Assembly: GCF_014857065.1 (NCBI RefSeq)
Contig: NZ_CP046533.1
Span: 300,001 to 332,000 of the forward strand
Direction: 5' to 3'
Length of the DNA: 32,000 nt
Origin: Candidatus Saccharimonadota bacterium
Lineage (GTDB): Bacteria; Pseudomonadota; Gammaproteobacteria; Enterobacterales; Enterobacteriaceae
Each line of letters opens with the position of its first letter. Position 1 is the stretch's first letter. Of the stretch, positions 9,393-20,038 are shown one piece after another. A program made the position numbers and the translations under genes. The notes beneath the pieces are model-generated. The model had not been told where the DNA came from. It ran no database searches and worked only from the letters and a program-made list of their open reading frames with translations.

Positions 9393-9992
9393 ATGAACTT
9401 CATTATTGCTCTTACAGGAGGTATTTGTAGTGGGAAAAGTACAATATCAAATATCTTTTCTCATTTAGGTATCACTGTAATAGATGCTGATTGTATTGCT
9501 AGAAAAATTTTACAACCGAAAAGTCAAAATATACTTAGTATTACTGAAAGATTTGGTATGTCTATACTAAATCAAAATGGAACATTAAACAGAAAAATTC
9601 TTAGAAAAAAAATTTTTAATAATACTACAGATAGGATATGGCTTAACAAGCTTCTCCATCCATTAATTCGTAAAGAAACTAAAAAACAATTTAAATCAAC
9701 AAAATCACCATATATAATCTGGAATATACCTCTTCTTGTCGAAAATAATTTAAAAAAAATAGCAAATCGCATTTTAGTAATAGATACAAATCCTGACAAC
9801 CAAATCATCAGAATCATAAATAGAGATAATATCTGTAAAACCCAAGCCAAAAAAATATTAGATTCACAAACAAATCGTCAATCTCGTTTAAATATAGCAC
9901 ATGATCTTATTCAGAATGACAGATTAAAGAAAATAGATATAATAAACAACATTATCGATTTACATAAATTTTATCTTAAGATAAGTAAATAA
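9393..9992 (+). CDS. coaE: Dephospho-CoA kinase
   Basis: 199 aa. P-loop ALTGGICSGKST, plus LLHPLIRKET and PLLVEN motifs colinear with E. coli CoaE. Confidence 0.93.
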   Translation: MNFIIALTGGICSGKSTISNIFSHLGITVIDADCIARKILQPKSQNILSITERFGMSILNQNGTLNRKILRKKIFNNTTDRIWLNKLLHPLIRKETKKQFKSTKSPYIIWNIPLLVENNLKKIANRILVIDTNPDNQIIRIINRDNICKTQAKKILDSQTNRQSRLNIAHDLIQNDRLKKIDIINNIIDLHKFYLKISK

Positions 9993-10015
9993 AATATTTA
10001 ACTAAAATAAGACTA

Positions 10016-12607
10016 TTATAATTTACCATGACATTGTTTAAACCTTTTACCAGATTTACAAGGACAATCCTCATTCCTACTTATTTCTTTAGCTGTTAAA
10101 GAAGAATTAAATAAAAATTTACTAATTTTACTTATAACTTCATATTTTAAAGTCTCTAACATATTTGCAAACATCTTAAAAGCTTCTTTTTTATATTCTT
10201 GTTTAGGATCTTTTTGTGCATAACCACGCAAATGAATACCTTGACGCAAATAATCCATAGCAGCTAAATGCTCTTTCCATAAATAATCAAAAACCTGTAA
10301 CATAATACCTTTCTCAATACTACGCACTATATTATAACCAATATTTTCTTTTTTAAGTTGATGATAACTTCTAAATTCTACTAATACACGCTTATATAAT
10401 TCTTTTCCTTTAGTATACAAATCAGGTTCTTTATCTAACCATTTTAAAATATAAATATTAAAATAAAAATCATCACGAAAACGTCTTTCTAATAAACTAA
10501 TATTCCATTTTTTTTCTAAAAAAGGTAACGGCATATAAACCATTAATAATTTAGTAACAACATCATCACGAATTCTAGCCACTAAATCACCAATATCATC
10601 CATATCTAATAAACTATTACGCTGCGTATAAATAACACGTCGTTGATCATTAGAAACATCATCATATTCTAAGAGTTGCTTACGAATATCAAAATTTCTA
10701 TTTTCTACTTTCCGCTGAGCATGAGAAATAGTTTTACTAATCCAAGAATGTTCAATAGCTTCTCCAACTTTCAATCCTAATTTACGCATAACATCTGTTA
10801 CTTTATCAGAAACAAAAATTCTCATTAAAGAATCGTCCATAGATAAATAAAAACGAGAAGAACCAACATCTCCTTGTCTACCAGAACGACCACGCAACTG
10901 ATTATCAATACGTCGAGATTCATGTCGTTCAGTACCTATAATGTGTAAGCCACCAACGTCTAATACTGCATCATGAGATCTTTTCCATGAAGATTTCATA
11001 TGTAATAATGACTGCTCGTCAATATTATCTAAAGAAGATAACTCTGAACGCCAATTACCACCTAATATAATATCAGTACCACGACCAGCCATATTAGTAG
11101 CTATAGTCACTGCACCAAGCTTACCAGCTTGAGAAATAATTTCTGCTTCTGTAGCATGAAACTTAGCATTTAAAACTTTATGCACAATCCCTGCACTTTT
11201 TAAAGCATTAGAAATAACTTCAGATTTTTCAATTGAAATTGTTCCAACTAAAACCGGTTGACCACGTTTATTACAAGATTTAATATCTTGGATGATAGCG
11301 TCAATTTTTTCATTTTCCGTCATATAAATTAAATCAGGTAAATCATTGCGAATCATCGGGCAATTTGTAGGAATTACAATAGTATCCATTTTATATATAT
11401 CCTTAAATTCAAAAGATTCAGTATAGGCAGTACCAGTCATTCCTGCTAACTTTTCATACAAACGAAAATAATTTTGAAAAGTAATCGAAGCCAATGTTTG
11501 ATTTTCATTTTGAATAATTAAATTTTCTTTAGCTTCTATTGCCTGATGTAATCCATCAGACCAACGACGACCAGGCATAACTCTCCCTGTATGTTCATCT
11601 ACAATTAATACATTACCATTTTTAATAATATAATCTACTTCACGCATAAACAGTACATGGGCGCGTAAAGCAGCATTAACATGATGCATTAATATAATAT
11701 TAGAAGACGAATACAAAGATTCTCCTATATTCATAATACCAGCATCAACCATTAATTTTTCAATCAATACTAAACCACGCTCTGTAAGTATCACCTGACG
11801 AGTTTTTTCATCTACTACAAAATGCCCTTTACCTTGAAATTTATCTGAATCCTCCTTATCTTGACGAATCAAATAAGGAATAAGCTTATTTACTAAATAA
11901 TATAATTTAGAAGTACCTTCCATTGGACCTGAAATAATCAAAGGAGTTCTGGCTTCATCAATTAAAATAGAATCAACCTCATCTATTAAAGCATAATATA
12001 ACGAACGCTGAACTCTATCTTCTGAATTAAAAACCATATTATCACGCAAATAATCAAATCCATATTCATTATTTGTACCATAAGTAATATCTGCAGCATA
12101 CGCAGACTTTTTTTCAGACAAAGATTGACCTGGTAAATTTATACCTACTTTTAAACCTAAAAATTCAAATAAAGGACGATTATTACTTGCATCACGCTGC
12201 GCTAAATAATCATTCACTGTTACTATGTGAACTCCTCGACCACTTAAAGCATTCAAATATGCAGGTAAAGTAGCGGTAAGCGTTTTACCCTCTCCAGTAC
12301 GCATTTCAGCTACACAACGGTTATTTAATACCATACCACCTAATAATTGAACATCAAAATGACGCATACCAAAAACACGGATACTAGCTTCACGCACTAC
12401 TGCAAAAGCTTGAGGTAAAAGATCATTAATATTTATACCGTGCGAAAGATTCATCCGAAATTCATTAGTTTTAGCAGATAACTGTTTATCACTTAATTTC
12501 TTTATATCAAACTCCATCTCATTAATAATTGAAACTATCTTTTTCATACGACGTAAAACACGTTCATTATGATTGCCAAAAAATTTAGTGAATAACCTTA
12601 CCAACAT
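10016..12607 (-). CDS. secA: Preprotein translocase ATPase SecA
   Basis: 863 aa. Walker [10 protein letters not shown] and DEAD-like [22 protein letters not shown]-terminal zinc-binding tail [16 protein letters not shown]. Confidence 0.97.
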   Translation of the reverse strand: MLVRLFTKFFGNHNERVLRRMKKIVSIINEMEFDIKKLSDKQLSAKTNEFRMNLSHGININDLLPQAFAVVREASIRVFGMRHFDVQLLGGMVLNNRCVAEMRTGEGKTLTATLPAYLNALSGRGVHIVTVNDYLAQRDASNNRPLFEFLGLKVGINLPGQSLSEKKSAYAADITYGTNNEYGFDYLRDNMVFNSEDRVQRSLYYALIDEVDSILIDEARTPLIISGPMEGTSKLYYLVNKLIPYLIRQDKEDSDKFQGKGHFVVDEKTRQVILTERGLVLIEKLMVDAGIMNIGESLYSSSNIILMHHVNAALRAHVLFMREVDYIIKNGNVLIVDEHTGRVMPGRRWSDGLHQAIEAKENLIIQNENQTLASITFQNYFRLYEKLAGMTGTAYTESFEFKDIYKMDTIVIPTNCPMIRNDLPDLIYMTENEKIDAIIQDIKSCNKRGQPVLVGTISIEKSEVISNALKSAGIVHKVLNAKFHATEAEIISQAGKLGAVTIATNMAGRGTDIILGGNWRSELSSLDNIDEQSLLHMKSSWKRSHDAVLDVGGLHIIGTERHESRRIDNQLRGRSGRQGDVGSSRFYLSMDDSLMRIFVSDKVTDVMRKLGLKVGEAIEHSWISKTISHAQRKVENRNFDIRKQLLEYDDVSNDQRRVIYTQRNSLLDMDDIGDLVARIRDDVVTKLLMVYMPLPFLEKKWNISLLERRFRDDFYFNIYILKWLDKEPDLYTKGKELYKRVLVEFRSYHQLKKENIGYNIVRSIEKGIMLQVFDYLWKEHLAAMDYLRQGIHLRGYAQKDPKQEYKKEAFKMFANMLETLKYEVISKISKFLFNSSLTAKEISRNEDCPCKSGKRFKQCHGKL

Positions 12608-13052
12608 AATAAACTCTATATTACATAAATATAACTAACAAAAATTCAAAATTAAAAACAAAATATAAATAAAATTCATTTAAATATTACGTAATTTCAA
12701 TAAAAATGGTCTCAATTCACGCCATCATAAATACAATAAAATATAATTTTATTCTAATCTAAATATTGTTTATGTATAAAAATTAAATGAAAATAATTCT
12801 CCTAACTCTAGTAATTATATTATATAAATTTAAATACAAGAAATTTTTTACAAAACTGAGTATTTTGCTATGAGCTAAATACCAAATTAAAATAATTTAA
12901 AAACAAACTTTAACTAATTACTTATGTTTTAGTTATTGCATTTAAATACAAGTGATATCCATAGTTAAATTAATCAATATGTACCTAATTAACATTTGAA
13001 AATTCATTTTCTTAAATTAAAATACATAAATTTAATTAAAAGAAATTTATCA
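12608..13052. other. 445 bp non-coding spacer between lpxC and secA, at the position held by secM in E. coli
   Basis: There is no ORF of useful length on the minus strand. I could not find the SecM arrest motif (FxxxxWIxxxxGIRAGP) in a manual read of the minus-strand sequence of 12608-13052. Confidence 0.6.
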
Positions 13053-13985
13053 TTAATTCAACTGATCATGCCATAACAAATGTGAATATTTAAACATTAG
13101 CGGTAATTTAGATTCATTATCATCAAAGGTAACAACTTCCCATGCCTCTCTGGTTTGCAAAACAGCCTGCAGCAATTTGTTATTTAAAGCATGTCCAGAT
13201 TTAAAAGCAGTAAAAGAACCTATTAAATTATAACCACAAATAAATAAATCACCAATAGCGTCAAGCATCTTATGCCTGACTAATTCATTATTAAACCGTA
13301 ACCCATCTTGATTTAAAATCTTATCGTCATCCATTACAACAGCACAATCAAAACTACCGCCTAACAAAAGACCACGAGATCGCAATTTTTTTATATCACG
13401 TATAAAACCAAATGTACGTGCTCTGCTAATTTGTTTTACAAAAGATTCAGCTGAAAAATTAAAAAAATAACGCTGTAAATTTATATCAATGACAGGATGT
13501 TGATAATCAATAGTAAAATCTAATTGAAAGCCGTCAAATGGAGCAAGCGCAGCCCATTTATCTCCATCTTCAACACGGATTACTTGTTTAAGACGTAAAA
13601 ATTTTTTTGCACTATTCAATTCCTCAATACCAGCATCTAAAAACAAATAAACAAAAGGACTTGCACTACCATCCATAATAGGAATTTCAGGCGCATCAAC
13701 TTCTATAATAACATTATCAATTCCCAAAGCAGCCTGAGCTGCATTTAAATGTTCTACAGTAGAAACACGTACACCTAATTCATTAACCAAACAAGTACAC
13801 AATGTAGTATCACGTACTGCAGTAACGTTCATCTGAAAATCTACAGGTGGTGTTAGATCTATGCGACGATAAATAATTCCAGTATTCGCTTCTGCAGGAC
13901 GCAATGTTAAAGTTACTTCTTTCCCAGTATGTAGTCCTATGCCGGTAATTTGTACAATACGTCTTAATGTCCTTTGTTTAATCAT
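13053..13985 (-). CDS. lpxC: UDP-3-O-acyl-N-acetylglucosamine deacetylase (lipid A biosynthesis)
   Basis: The supplied ORF extends to 14045, but homology to E. coli LpxC starts at [24 protein letters not shown] (ATG at 13985). That gives 310 aa, against 305 in E. coli. [10 protein letters not shown] and the rest are conserved throughout. Confidence 0.95.
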   Translation of the reverse strand: MIKQRTLRRIVQITGIGLHTGKEVTLTLRPAEANTGIIYRRIDLTPPVDFQMNVTAVRDTTLCTCLVNELGVRVSTVEHLNAAQAALGIDNVIIEVDAPEIPIMDGSASPFVYLFLDAGIEELNSAKKFLRLKQVIRVEDGDKWAALAPFDGFQLDFTIDYQHPVIDINLQRYFFNFSAESFVKQISRARTFGFIRDIKKLRSRGLLLGGSFDCAVVMDDDKILNQDGLRFNNELVRHKMLDAIGDLFICGYNLIGSFTAFKSGHALNNKLLQAVLQTREAWEVVTFDDNESKLPLMFKYSHLLWHDQLN

Positions 13986-14091
13986 TGTTGCTATCTCAAA
14001 AATTTTCACTAATACCCTAAATAAATACATAATGATGACTTTCAACTAAAATATACCAAAGCATTATTTTAAAAATTGAAAATTTAATATA

Positions 14092-15246
14092 TTATTTTCT
14101 TAAAAAAGTAGGTATATCTAGATAATCAGGTTCTTTATTAATTTGCATGTCTTCCTTGTTATTTACTTGAGTTGATGTTGCCTTGCCTTGTTCTTGTAAA
14201 AAACTGGACATGCTAGAAGATCCACAATAACGATTATTGATACTATTTGAAACATCTTGTTTATCTGTAACTAACATTATTTCTGAACGTTTATCCATAC
14301 CGATCCCAGTTGCAACTACAGTTACACGTATTTCATTGTTAATTTCCGGATCCAAAGATGTTCCAATTACAACAGTAGCATTATCAGAAGCAAAAGAACG
14401 AATAGTATTACCTACAGTTTCAAATTCATCTAAACGTAAATCAAAACCAGAAGTAATATTCACTAACACACCACGAGCCCCAGACAAATCTATATCCTCT
14501 AATAAGGGGCTAGAAATAGCAATTTCGGCTGCCTCTTCAGCACGATCATCACCGCAAGCAATTCCTGATCCCATCATAGCATAACCCATTTCAGACATAA
14601 CTGTACGCACATCAGCAAAATCTACATTCATTAATCCAGGACATGTGATTAACTCTGCAATACCTTGTACAGCACCTTTTAATACATCATTAGCTGCGGC
14701 AAAAGCATCTAATAAAGAAACTCCTCTACCTAACACTTTAAGTAATTTATCATTTGGAATAATAATTAAAGAATCAACATACTTAGCAAGTTTAGCAATC
14801 CCTTGTTCAGCAAACGCCATACGTTTCTTACCTTCAAAACTGAAGGGCTTAGTGACTACAGCTACAGTTAAAACACCTAGTTCCTTTGCCATCTCCGCTA
14901 CTACCGGAGCTGCACCAGTACCAGTGCCACCACCCATCCCGGCAGCAATAAACACCATATCAGCTTTCTCTAATGCGACTCTCAATATATCTCGATCTTC
15001 TTCTGCTGCAGTACGACCTATCTCTGGATTAGAACCTGCACCTAAACCCTTTGTAATATTACTACCTATCTGAATTGTTTGCCCCACAGACATCTTTCTC
15101 AATGCTTGTGCATCAGTGTTAATTACAAAAAAATCTACACCTTCAATATGTTCACGTACCATATGTTCAACAGCATTACCACCTCCACCACCTACTCCAA
15201 CTACTTTAATAACTGCATCGCTAGTTAACTCCATAGGCTCAAACAT
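14092..15246 (-). CDS. ftsZ: Cell division GTPase FtsZ
   Basis: Homology starts at MFEPMELTSDAVIKVVGVGGGGGNAV (ATG at 15246), giving 384 aa. Tubulin signature GGGTGTGAAP. C-terminal FtsA/ZipA-binding peptide DYLDIPTFLRK. The 6 upstream codons in the supplied ORF cover the SD sequence. Confidence 0.97.
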   Translation of the reverse strand: MFEPMELTSDAVIKVVGVGGGGGNAVEHMVREHIEGVDFFVINTDAQALRKMSVGQTIQIGSNITKGLGAGSNPEIGRTAAEEDRDILRVALEKADMVFIAAGMGGGTGTGAAPVVAEMAKELGVLTVAVVTKPFSFEGKKRMAFAEQGIAKLAKYVDSLIIIPNDKLLKVLGRGVSLLDAFAAANDVLKGAVQGIAELITCPGLMNVDFADVRTVMSEMGYAMMGSGIACGDDRAEEAAEIAISSPLLEDIDLSGARGVLVNITSGFDLRLDEFETVGNTIRSFASDNATVVIGTSLDPEINNEIRVTVVATGIGMDKRSEIMLVTDKQDVSNSINNRYCGSSSMSSFLQEQGKATSTQVNNKEDMQINKEPDYLDIPTFLRK

Positions 15247-15254
15247 AATACATA

Positions 15255-15259
15255 TCTCC
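15255..15259 (-). promoter_or_regulatory. Shine-Dalgarno sequence for ftsZ (GGAGA, 8 nt before the ATG at 15246)
   Basis: Plus-strand tctcc at 15255-15259 is GGAGA on the coding strand. Confidence 0.6.
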
Positions 15260-15281
15260 ATCATCTTTATGATTTTAAAAA

Positions 15282-16568
15282 TTAAATTATTAATAAACTG
15301 AATATATACACTAAAAATTCCTTTCTAAACCAACTACTGATATGTCTAAACCAAGCAATAAATGAAGTACGTCTATCTATTTCAAGATCATTATTTAAAT
15401 GAGAAACCTTACCATAATGCAATAAACCAACAACAGTAGAATAATAAGGTTTCTGTACATGACCTATTAATCCGGTAATATTTAATGGGGACCCAATGCG
15501 TACTTGAGTATTGAAGACTTTTTGTGCACAAGAAACCAACCCATCAATTTGAGATCCACCACCAGTTAACACAACACCTGCCGCTAAATGATTCTTTACT
15601 CCCTGTTGATGAAGTTGAGCTTGCAATCGTAAAATTTCATCATTTACTAAATTTAACAATTCAATATATCTAGGTTCAATTACTTCTGCTAAAATTTGAC
15701 GCTGTAAACTACGTGATGGACGGCCACCCACACTGGGTACATCAATACTTTCTTCTTTACCAACGATAGAATGCAAAGCACAACCATAACGAATTTTTAT
15801 AATTTCAGCTTCATGAAAAGGAGTCCCAAAAGCATATGCAATATCACTAGTTACTACTTTACCAGCATAAGGAATAACTTTGATATGACGTAATGCTCCA
15901 TCTGTATAAATTGCTATATCCATAGTACCACCCCCAATATCTACAACACACACACCTAATTCACGTTCATCATCAGTCAAAACTGCATATCCAGTAGCTA
16001 ATCCAGCAAAAATTAATTGATCCACTTTTAATCCACATCGTTCTACTGCTTTAACGATATTTTTTGCCATATCATTATGACACGTAATTAAATGCACTTT
16101 AGCCTGCATTCTTATTCCAGATAAACCTAAAGGATTTTTAATACCTTCTTGATAATCAATAGCATAATCCTGGGGGATAACATGCAAAATACGATGTTCA
16201 TCACATACACGCACTGACTTAGCTGTATGTACTACATTATCTACATCTTCCTGTGTAACCTCTTCCTCTGAAATAGGAACAATACCAATTTCATTTTGAC
16301 AAGTAATATGTTTTCCTGATAATGCAAGATATACAGATGAAATTTGACAATCTGCCATTGCTTCAGCATCATCAACGGCACGCTGTATACACTTGATTAC
16401 CGACTCTAAATCATTTACACCACCTTTATCCACTCCACGAGACGGATAACTACCAAATCCAATAATATTTACCATACTATCAGGTAATATTTCACCAACT
16501 AACGTAACAACTTTAGCTGTACCAATTTCTAATCCCACTACTAATCTTTTATCTAATACTTTGATCAT
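15282..16568 (-). CDS. ftsA: Cell division protein FtsA (actin-like ATPase) with a 10-residue C-terminal extension
   Basis: 428 aa. MIKVLDKRLVVGLEIGTAKV and VVDIGGGTMDIA match E. coli FtsA. The conserved membrane-targeting helix ...SSWFRKEF is followed by LVYIFSLLII before the stop. Confidence 0.95.
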   Translation of the reverse strand: MIKVLDKRLVVGLEIGTAKVVTLVGEILPDSMVNIIGFGSYPSRGVDKGGVNDLESVIKCIQRAVDDAEAMADCQISSVYLALSGKHITCQNEIGIVPISEEEVTQEDVDNVVHTAKSVRVCDEHRILHVIPQDYAIDYQEGIKNPLGLSGIRMQAKVHLITCHNDMAKNIVKAVERCGLKVDQLIFAGLATGYAVLTDDERELGVCVVDIGGGTMDIAIYTDGALRHIKVIPYAGKVVTSDIAYAFGTPFHEAEIIKIRYGCALHSIVGKEESIDVPSVGGRPSRSLQRQILAEVIEPRYIELLNLVNDEILRLQAQLHQQGVKNHLAAGVVLTGGGSQIDGLVSCAQKVFNTQVRIGSPLNITGLIGHVQKPYYSTVVGLLHYGKVSHLNNDLEIDRRTSFIAWFRHISSWFRKEFLVYIFSLLII

Positions 16569-16623
16569 TATTGACCTTTGATTATTATCTTTATTATCTG
16601 GTAAAATTATACTATATTATTTA

Positions 16624-17415
16624 TTAATTATTGGAAGATATCCAACCTACAGCAAAACCATGATCGTACCGCAAATCTATATAACTAATATATTTAGCTT
16701 TATCTTTAAGGCTTTCAAGAAAAAAGGGATAAATCTTAATAAAGTTTTGTAATTTTTTTACCTTATTTTTTCTACCTAATTTCAATATAATATTATCTTG
16801 TAATATTATTTGCCATGAATAACGATTATCCAGTTTTATAGATTTTATTTTAAAATTGCTGAACGTTACAATCTCATTAAGCAAATAATAACCGGTTAAC
16901 AAATCTAGTACATCTCTAGTAGATCCATATAACATAGGCAAAAAATATTTATGCATTCTTTCCGTTGGAATTTGAAAAATAACACCGTTACTATCTAACA
17001 TATAAACATCATTCCAATATGCCACTGGTTCATATTCCACAATTCTGATCTTTAATATATTAGGCCATTGTTTACGTACACTAACTTCTTTAATCCATGA
17101 TAATTCTTTGAGATATTTATGAATAGCAAATACATCACATTGCATAAAATTTGGATTTGAACCGGCAACAGAAATAGCATAATTAATATCCTTATCAATT
17201 GTATAATTTAAATGACCATTAATAAATAATTGATAATCTTCCAAATGAGAAACATCTCTCATCCATAAAATTACTTTAAATGAACTCCAAATAATAACAA
17301 AAAAAACTAATATAAAAAAAAATAAACCAATATAATAATTATTGTATTTTATAATAGAATATATAAAATATTTATTTAGCTTATGTATTCGTGTATTTGT
17401 AACATCCCGAAACAT
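16624..17415 (-). CDS. ftsQ: Cell division protein FtsQ
   Basis: 263 aa. Single N-terminal TM (IGLFFFILVFFVIIW). POTRA-like region WIKEVSVRKQWPNILKIRIVEYEPVAYWND. Sits just upstream of ftsA. Confidence 0.88.
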   Translation of the reverse strand: MFRDVTNTRIHKLNKYFIYSIIKYNNYYIGLFFFILVFFVIIWSSFKVILWMRDVSHLEDYQLFINGHLNYTIDKDINYAISVAGSNPNFMQCDVFAIHKYLKELSWIKEVSVRKQWPNILKIRIVEYEPVAYWNDVYMLDSNGVIFQIPTERMHKYFLPMLYGSTRDVLDLLTGYYLLNEIVTFSNFKIKSIKLDNRYSWQIILQDNIILKLGRKNKVKKLQNFIKIYPFFLESLKDKAKYISYIDLRYDHGFAVGWISSNN

Positions 17416-17456
17416 TTAATATTACCTTTAACAAAATATTTTATTTAAAATTTTTA

Positions 17457-18902
17457 TCATAATAATAAATTATTACGCGCTAATTTATTTGCTATTTCAC
17501 CAATAGTACCTGCACCTTGCATTAAAACTAAATCATTATTTTGTAAAATCACAGATAAAATACATGACAATTGTGTAATATCTAAGGCTAAAACGGGATT
17601 AATTTTCCCAAATTGACGAATAGATTTACATAAAGAATAACTATCAACATCAGGTATTGAATTTTCTCCAGCAGAATATATATTTAAAAGCAACAAAAAA
17701 TCTACATTAGATAATACTCTAACAAAATCATTGTACAAATTTCTCATTCTAGTAAAGCGATGAGGTTGAAATATCATAACTAAACGTCTATTAAACCAGC
17801 CATTACGTATAGCTCTAATAGTAACATCTAATTCAGTAGGATGATGTCCATAATCATGGATTAGCATAACTGTCCCTTGTTTACCATTAATATCTTTCAA
17901 ATTATAATTTCCTAAACACTCAAAACGACGACATGTACCTTGATATTGAGAAATAGCTTGTAAAATAGTCCTATTACTTATGCCCTCTTCAAAAGCCACT
18001 GCGATAGCTGCAGCAGCATTTAACGCATTATGGCGACCAGGCATATTTAAGGTGACTTGTAACAAAGATCCGTCTTTTTTTAATAAAAAAGATATTTTTT
18101 CTTCTTGTTGACTGTATCCACAAATTGAAAAATCAGCATCAGGACTAAATCCATAAGTCACAATGTGACGGTTTATTTTAGGTATCAATTCTTTTATTAT
18201 TGGATCATCTATACATACAATAACGGACCCATAAAATGGTATCTTATGCATAAAATTAATAAAGGTCTTTTTTAGATTATTAAAATTCCCCTCATATGCA
18301 TCTATATGGTCAGCATCAATATTGGTAATAATTTCTATTATTGGTCGCAAAAATAAAAATGATGCATCACTTTCATCAGCCTCTACAATTAAATAAGGAC
18401 CATATCCCAATTGAGCATTAACACCAATTGCTTTAATTTCTCCCCCAATAATAAAAGTAGGATCTAAACCAGCCTGCATATAAATACTAGCAAGCATGGC
18501 TGTAGTGGTAGTTTTCCCATGAGTACCAGCAACAGCAATACCATAACGAAATCTCATTAATTCAGCTAACATTTCTGCACGTTTTATAATCGGAATACAA
18601 GCTTTTCTAGCAGCAAGTACTTCCGGATTATCTTGAGAAATAGCACTAGATATAACAACTACATTAGCATTATTAACATTAGCAGGATGATGATTAAAAA
18701 AAATTTTTATACCTAAACTAACTAGTCGTTTAATTAATTTATTTGATACTACATCAGAGCCACTAATACGATATCCTTTATTAGCCAAAATCTCTGCAAT
18801 TCCTCCCATACTAGAACCGCCTATACCAACAAAATGCACTTGTTTAATACGATTCATCTTTGGATTAAAAGTATGTAATTCTGTTAATCGTTGATAATTC
18901 AC
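17457..18902 (-). CDS. murC: UDP-N-acetylmuramate--L-alanine ligase
   Basis: 481 aa. [29 protein letters not shown] and [11 protein letters not shown] match E. coli MurC. Confidence 0.96.
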   Translation of the reverse strand: MNYQRLTELHTFNPKMNRIKQVHFVGIGGSSMGGIAEILANKGYRISGSDVVSNKLIKRLVSLGIKIFFNHHPANVNNANVVVISSAISQDNPEVLAARKACIPIIKRAEMLAELMRFRYGIAVAGTHGKTTTTAMLASIYMQAGLDPTFIIGGEIKAIGVNAQLGYGPYLIVEADESDASFLFLRPIIEIITNIDADHIDAYEGNFNNLKKTFINFMHKIPFYGSVIVCIDDPIIKELIPKINRHIVTYGFSPDADFSICGYSQQEEKISFLLKKDGSLLQVTLNMPGRHNALNAAAAIAVAFEEGISNRTILQAISQYQGTCRRFECLGNYNLKDINGKQGTVMLIHDYGHHPTELDVTIRAIRNGWFNRRLVMIFQPHRFTRMRNLYNDFVRVLSNVDFLLLLNIYSAGENSIPDVDSYSLCKSIRQFGKINPVLALDITQLSCILSVILQNNDLVLMQGAGTIGEIANKLARNNLLL

Positions 18903-18967
18903 TTTAAAATTATTCTCTACATATTTAATATATTTAAGTTAATTAACAATAAGAACTATTATTTAAA

Positions 18968-20038
18968 TTAATTTTTTGAAGATACTGACATCAAAATTTG
19001 TGCAATACGTTGGGTGGCATCGGCTATATAAAACATTTTAGAACGCTTTGCCATTTTTAATAAAATATCTCTATTTAAACAAGTAAATATTTTGCTGATT
19101 CGTTCAACTGTAAACTCAGATTCTTTAATAATTTCCGCTGCACCCATTCTTTGTAATGATATAGCATTCCAATATTGATGATAATCTAAATGAACAAAAG
19201 GCACAAAAATAGCTGCAATACCAACAGCAGTTATTTCACTAACAGTTAAAGCTCCAGATCGACAAACCACTAAATCAGCCCATGCGTATGCTTGGGCTAT
19301 ATCATCAATAAAACTTACTATTTTATGATTAATTCCATACTTTAAATAAATATCTCGCGTTTTTTCTAAACATCCTCCACTACCAATTTGATGCCATACG
19401 TTCAATTTGTCATGTAGACCAATAACTGCCTCTGGAATGATTTTATTTAAAACTTGAGCCCCCTGACTACCTCCAATTACTAATAACCTAATAGGTCCAG
19501 TACGATAACTCAATCGCTGAATTGGATCAGGTAACGATAATATTTCATCGCGTATAGGATTTCCAACTATTTCTGCACGAGATAAAACGTTAGGAAATGC
19601 TTGTAATACTCGCGTTGAAATTTTTTTTAAAATACGGTTAGTGAAACCTGCAATAGCATTTTGTTCGTGTATTACTAATGGAATACCTACACTCCAAGCA
19701 GCTAATCCAACAGGACCAGAAACATAACCACCCATACCTAATACCACATCAGGGCGCCATAATTTAATAATTCGACGTGATTTATTAAAAGATCTAATAA
19801 TTTTGATCAACGATGTTAATTGTATCTTTATTTTTTTACCAATTATTCCACTAATATCAATATATTCAATGTCAATACCATATTTAGGTATTAACTTAGA
19901 TTCAATACGATTAATACAACCTAACCATTTAATCTGTACACCATGACTAATTAAATAACGAGCTATTGCCAACCCAGAAAAAATATGACCACCAGTACCC
20001 CCAGCTATTATCATAATACGCATATCTTTTTTTATCAT
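18968..20038 (-). CDS. murG: Undecaprenyldiphospho-muramoylpentapeptide beta-N-acetylglucosaminyltransferase
   Basis: 356 aa. IMIIAGGTGGHIFSGLAIA motif. The start overlaps the ftsW stop in an ATGA arrangement (20035-20038). Internal Met codons at 20023 and 20014 are alternative starts. Confidence 0.93.
   Translation of the reverse strand: MIKKDMRIMIIAGGTGGHIFSGLAIARYLISHGVQIKWLGCINRIESKLIPKYGIDIEYIDISGIIGKKIKIQLTSLIKIIRSFNKSRRIIKLWRPDVVLGMGGYVSGPVGLAAWSVGIPLVIHEQNAIAGFTNRILKKISTRVLQAFPNVLSRAEIVGNPIRDEILSLPDPIQRLSYRTGPIRLLVIGGSQGAQVLNKIIPEAVIGLHDKLNVWHQIGSGGCLEKTRDIYLKYGINHKIVSFIDDIAQAYAWADLVVCRSGALTVSEITAVGIAAIFVPFVHLDYHQYWNAISLQRMGAAEIIKESEFTVERISKIFTCLNRDILLKMAKRSKMFYIADATQRIAQILMSVSSKN

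Noticed and set aside
9572-9850. 92-aa minus-strand ORF inside coaE
   Set aside because: A shadow ORF antisense to conserved coaE, with no motif support.
12635-12679. 14-codon hydrophobic minus-strand mini-ORF (MNFIYILFLILNFC), 27 nt upstream of secA; considered as a possible replacement leader peptide for the lost secM
   Set aside because: It has no Shine-Dalgarno sequence and no resemblance to SecM. ORFs of this size rich in Phe/Ile/Leu/Asn arise readily by chance in roughly 85% AT sequence. It would need conservation or ribosome-profiling support.
13986-14045. 20-codon N-terminal extension of the lpxC ORF
   Set aside because: LpxC homology begins exactly at MIKQRTL (ATG at 13985). The extension is absent from homologues.
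15247-15264. 6-codon N-terminal extension of the ftsZ ORF (MMEICI)
   Set aside because: FtsZ homology begins at MFEPMEL, and the extension itself encodes the GGAGA Shine-Dalgarno sequence.
14237-15301. Three plus-strand ORFs (115, 142 and 61 aa) from the supplied track, antisense to ftsZ and the ftsA 3' end
   Set aside because: They lie fully inside a gene with unmistakable FtsZ homology on the other strand. Their products are low-complexity (Ser/Pro/Ala/Ile-rich mirror images of Gly/Ala codons). They exist only because the G+C-rich ftsZ codons rarely produce antisense stops.
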